Assembly: GCA_000934665.2 (NCBI GenBank)
Contig: JYFJ02000985.1
Location: forward strand, 1 to 64,000
DNA length: 64,000 bases
Reading direction: 5' to 3'
Origin: Catajapyx aquilonaris
Lineage: Eukaryota
The translations under genes were made by a program, and so were the position numbers. This document shows positions 63,190-64,000 of this stretch, in pieces (position 1 is the first letter of the stretch; every line of letters starts with the position of its first letter). Under the pieces are notes generated by a model that did no database searches, was not told the origin of the DNA, and was given only the letters and a program-made list of their open reading frames with translations.

Positions 63190-64000
63190 TAATAATGCAA
63201 TGATTCTGTTCAGAGATGTTTAGATGGAAACAATGGTTTTGGTACACCCTGTTGTTACTTGTGATGAGCCGCCTTCAGAATCACTAGGTCCATTTCTGGG
63301 ATGCGCTCTATCTGGGGGGGACTAAGAAATGGAGGAATCCAAATCTTTTTTTAAAGCCCGCGACTTTTTATCCTTCCCCCCCCCTCCCACTCTTCTTCCC
63401 AATTTTTTTTTCTTCTTCTTCTTCTTCTTGTGGTTTTGTATATAGAGATGGTTGGGCCCATTGCCATCAACACCATCCTCGCACCATCATTCACCCTTCT
63501 TTCCACATCCTCAGCGGCGCCCTTTGTAAGCCAGCAGCTACAAAACGGACTGTTAGCTTTCTGGGCCCCATTGCAACACCACCTTTTTGTTCCAGATATT
63601 GCTCGGCCCGATTATAAATCACTCGGCCGCACAAAGTGACGGCCATTTAAAGTGCATTTAGACTTTTTTTTGTCGCCAAGTTGCTGATTTCTAATATAAG
63701 TTTGTGCAAATTTTCGGCTGGCATTGGCCTGCTGACAATGTCCGATCAAGTTGCTTAGTTTCCCTATTTTATTTTTCATTCGCAAATGAGGCCACTTGCA
63801 CATCGAAATCGATCCCGCCCTTCCTTTGCCCTCTCCCACATCCCTTTAAAAAAAATATTGTTAGAGTTTGGTGCCTATACTATCTCTAGGCAGTCAGTCG
63901 GCAGAAGCGGCGTCGGCATCAAGGGGGTGTCTTTGTGCCTCACATAATTTCCTCCCTGTTAATGCCATCATCTGCGGACCACCACCCTTGCGGAAACCGA

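Noticed and set aside
59165..64000. Upstream Wnt5 exons
   Set aside because: No Wnt-like coding sequence recognised; they probably lie beyond the window.

Overview
Eukaryotic, intron-containing DNA, probably from an arthropod (inferred from DRE motifs, the gene set and the many 55-70 nt introns). The left ~35 kb is a compact block of genes: HMGXB4-like (+), a SAMD1-like winged-helix/double-PHD/SAM gene (-), an upstream two-exon THAP module (-), auxilin/GAK (+), a heavily degenerate hexokinase-fold gene (-), PLAA (+), ELOF1 (-) and ataxin-10 (+). The right ~29 kb holds a complete Wnt7 (+) and the last three exons of a convergent Wnt5 (-), giving the ancient Atxn10-Wnt7-Wnt5 linkage. Introns and intergenic DNA carry many MITEs (P-like, piggyBac-like, Harbinger-like, Tc1/mariner-like, hAT-like), Helitron-like elements, an Academ-like relic and tandem arrays. 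The most interesting signals are five. (1) The THAP exons have no downstream exons of their own and are phase-compatible with exon 2 of the SAMD1-like gene, suggesting a swap of DNA-binding domains by alternative first exons. (2) About 8 IR1 (EcR/USP-type) elements are packed into 190 bp at that gene's first intron. (3) The hexokinase has every catalytic motif substituted yet an intact gene structure. (4) Two introns look U12-type. (5) A ~1.3 kb array is built from palindromic units. Gene models were assembled by eye; coordinates of complex repeats are approximate and no database searches were run.
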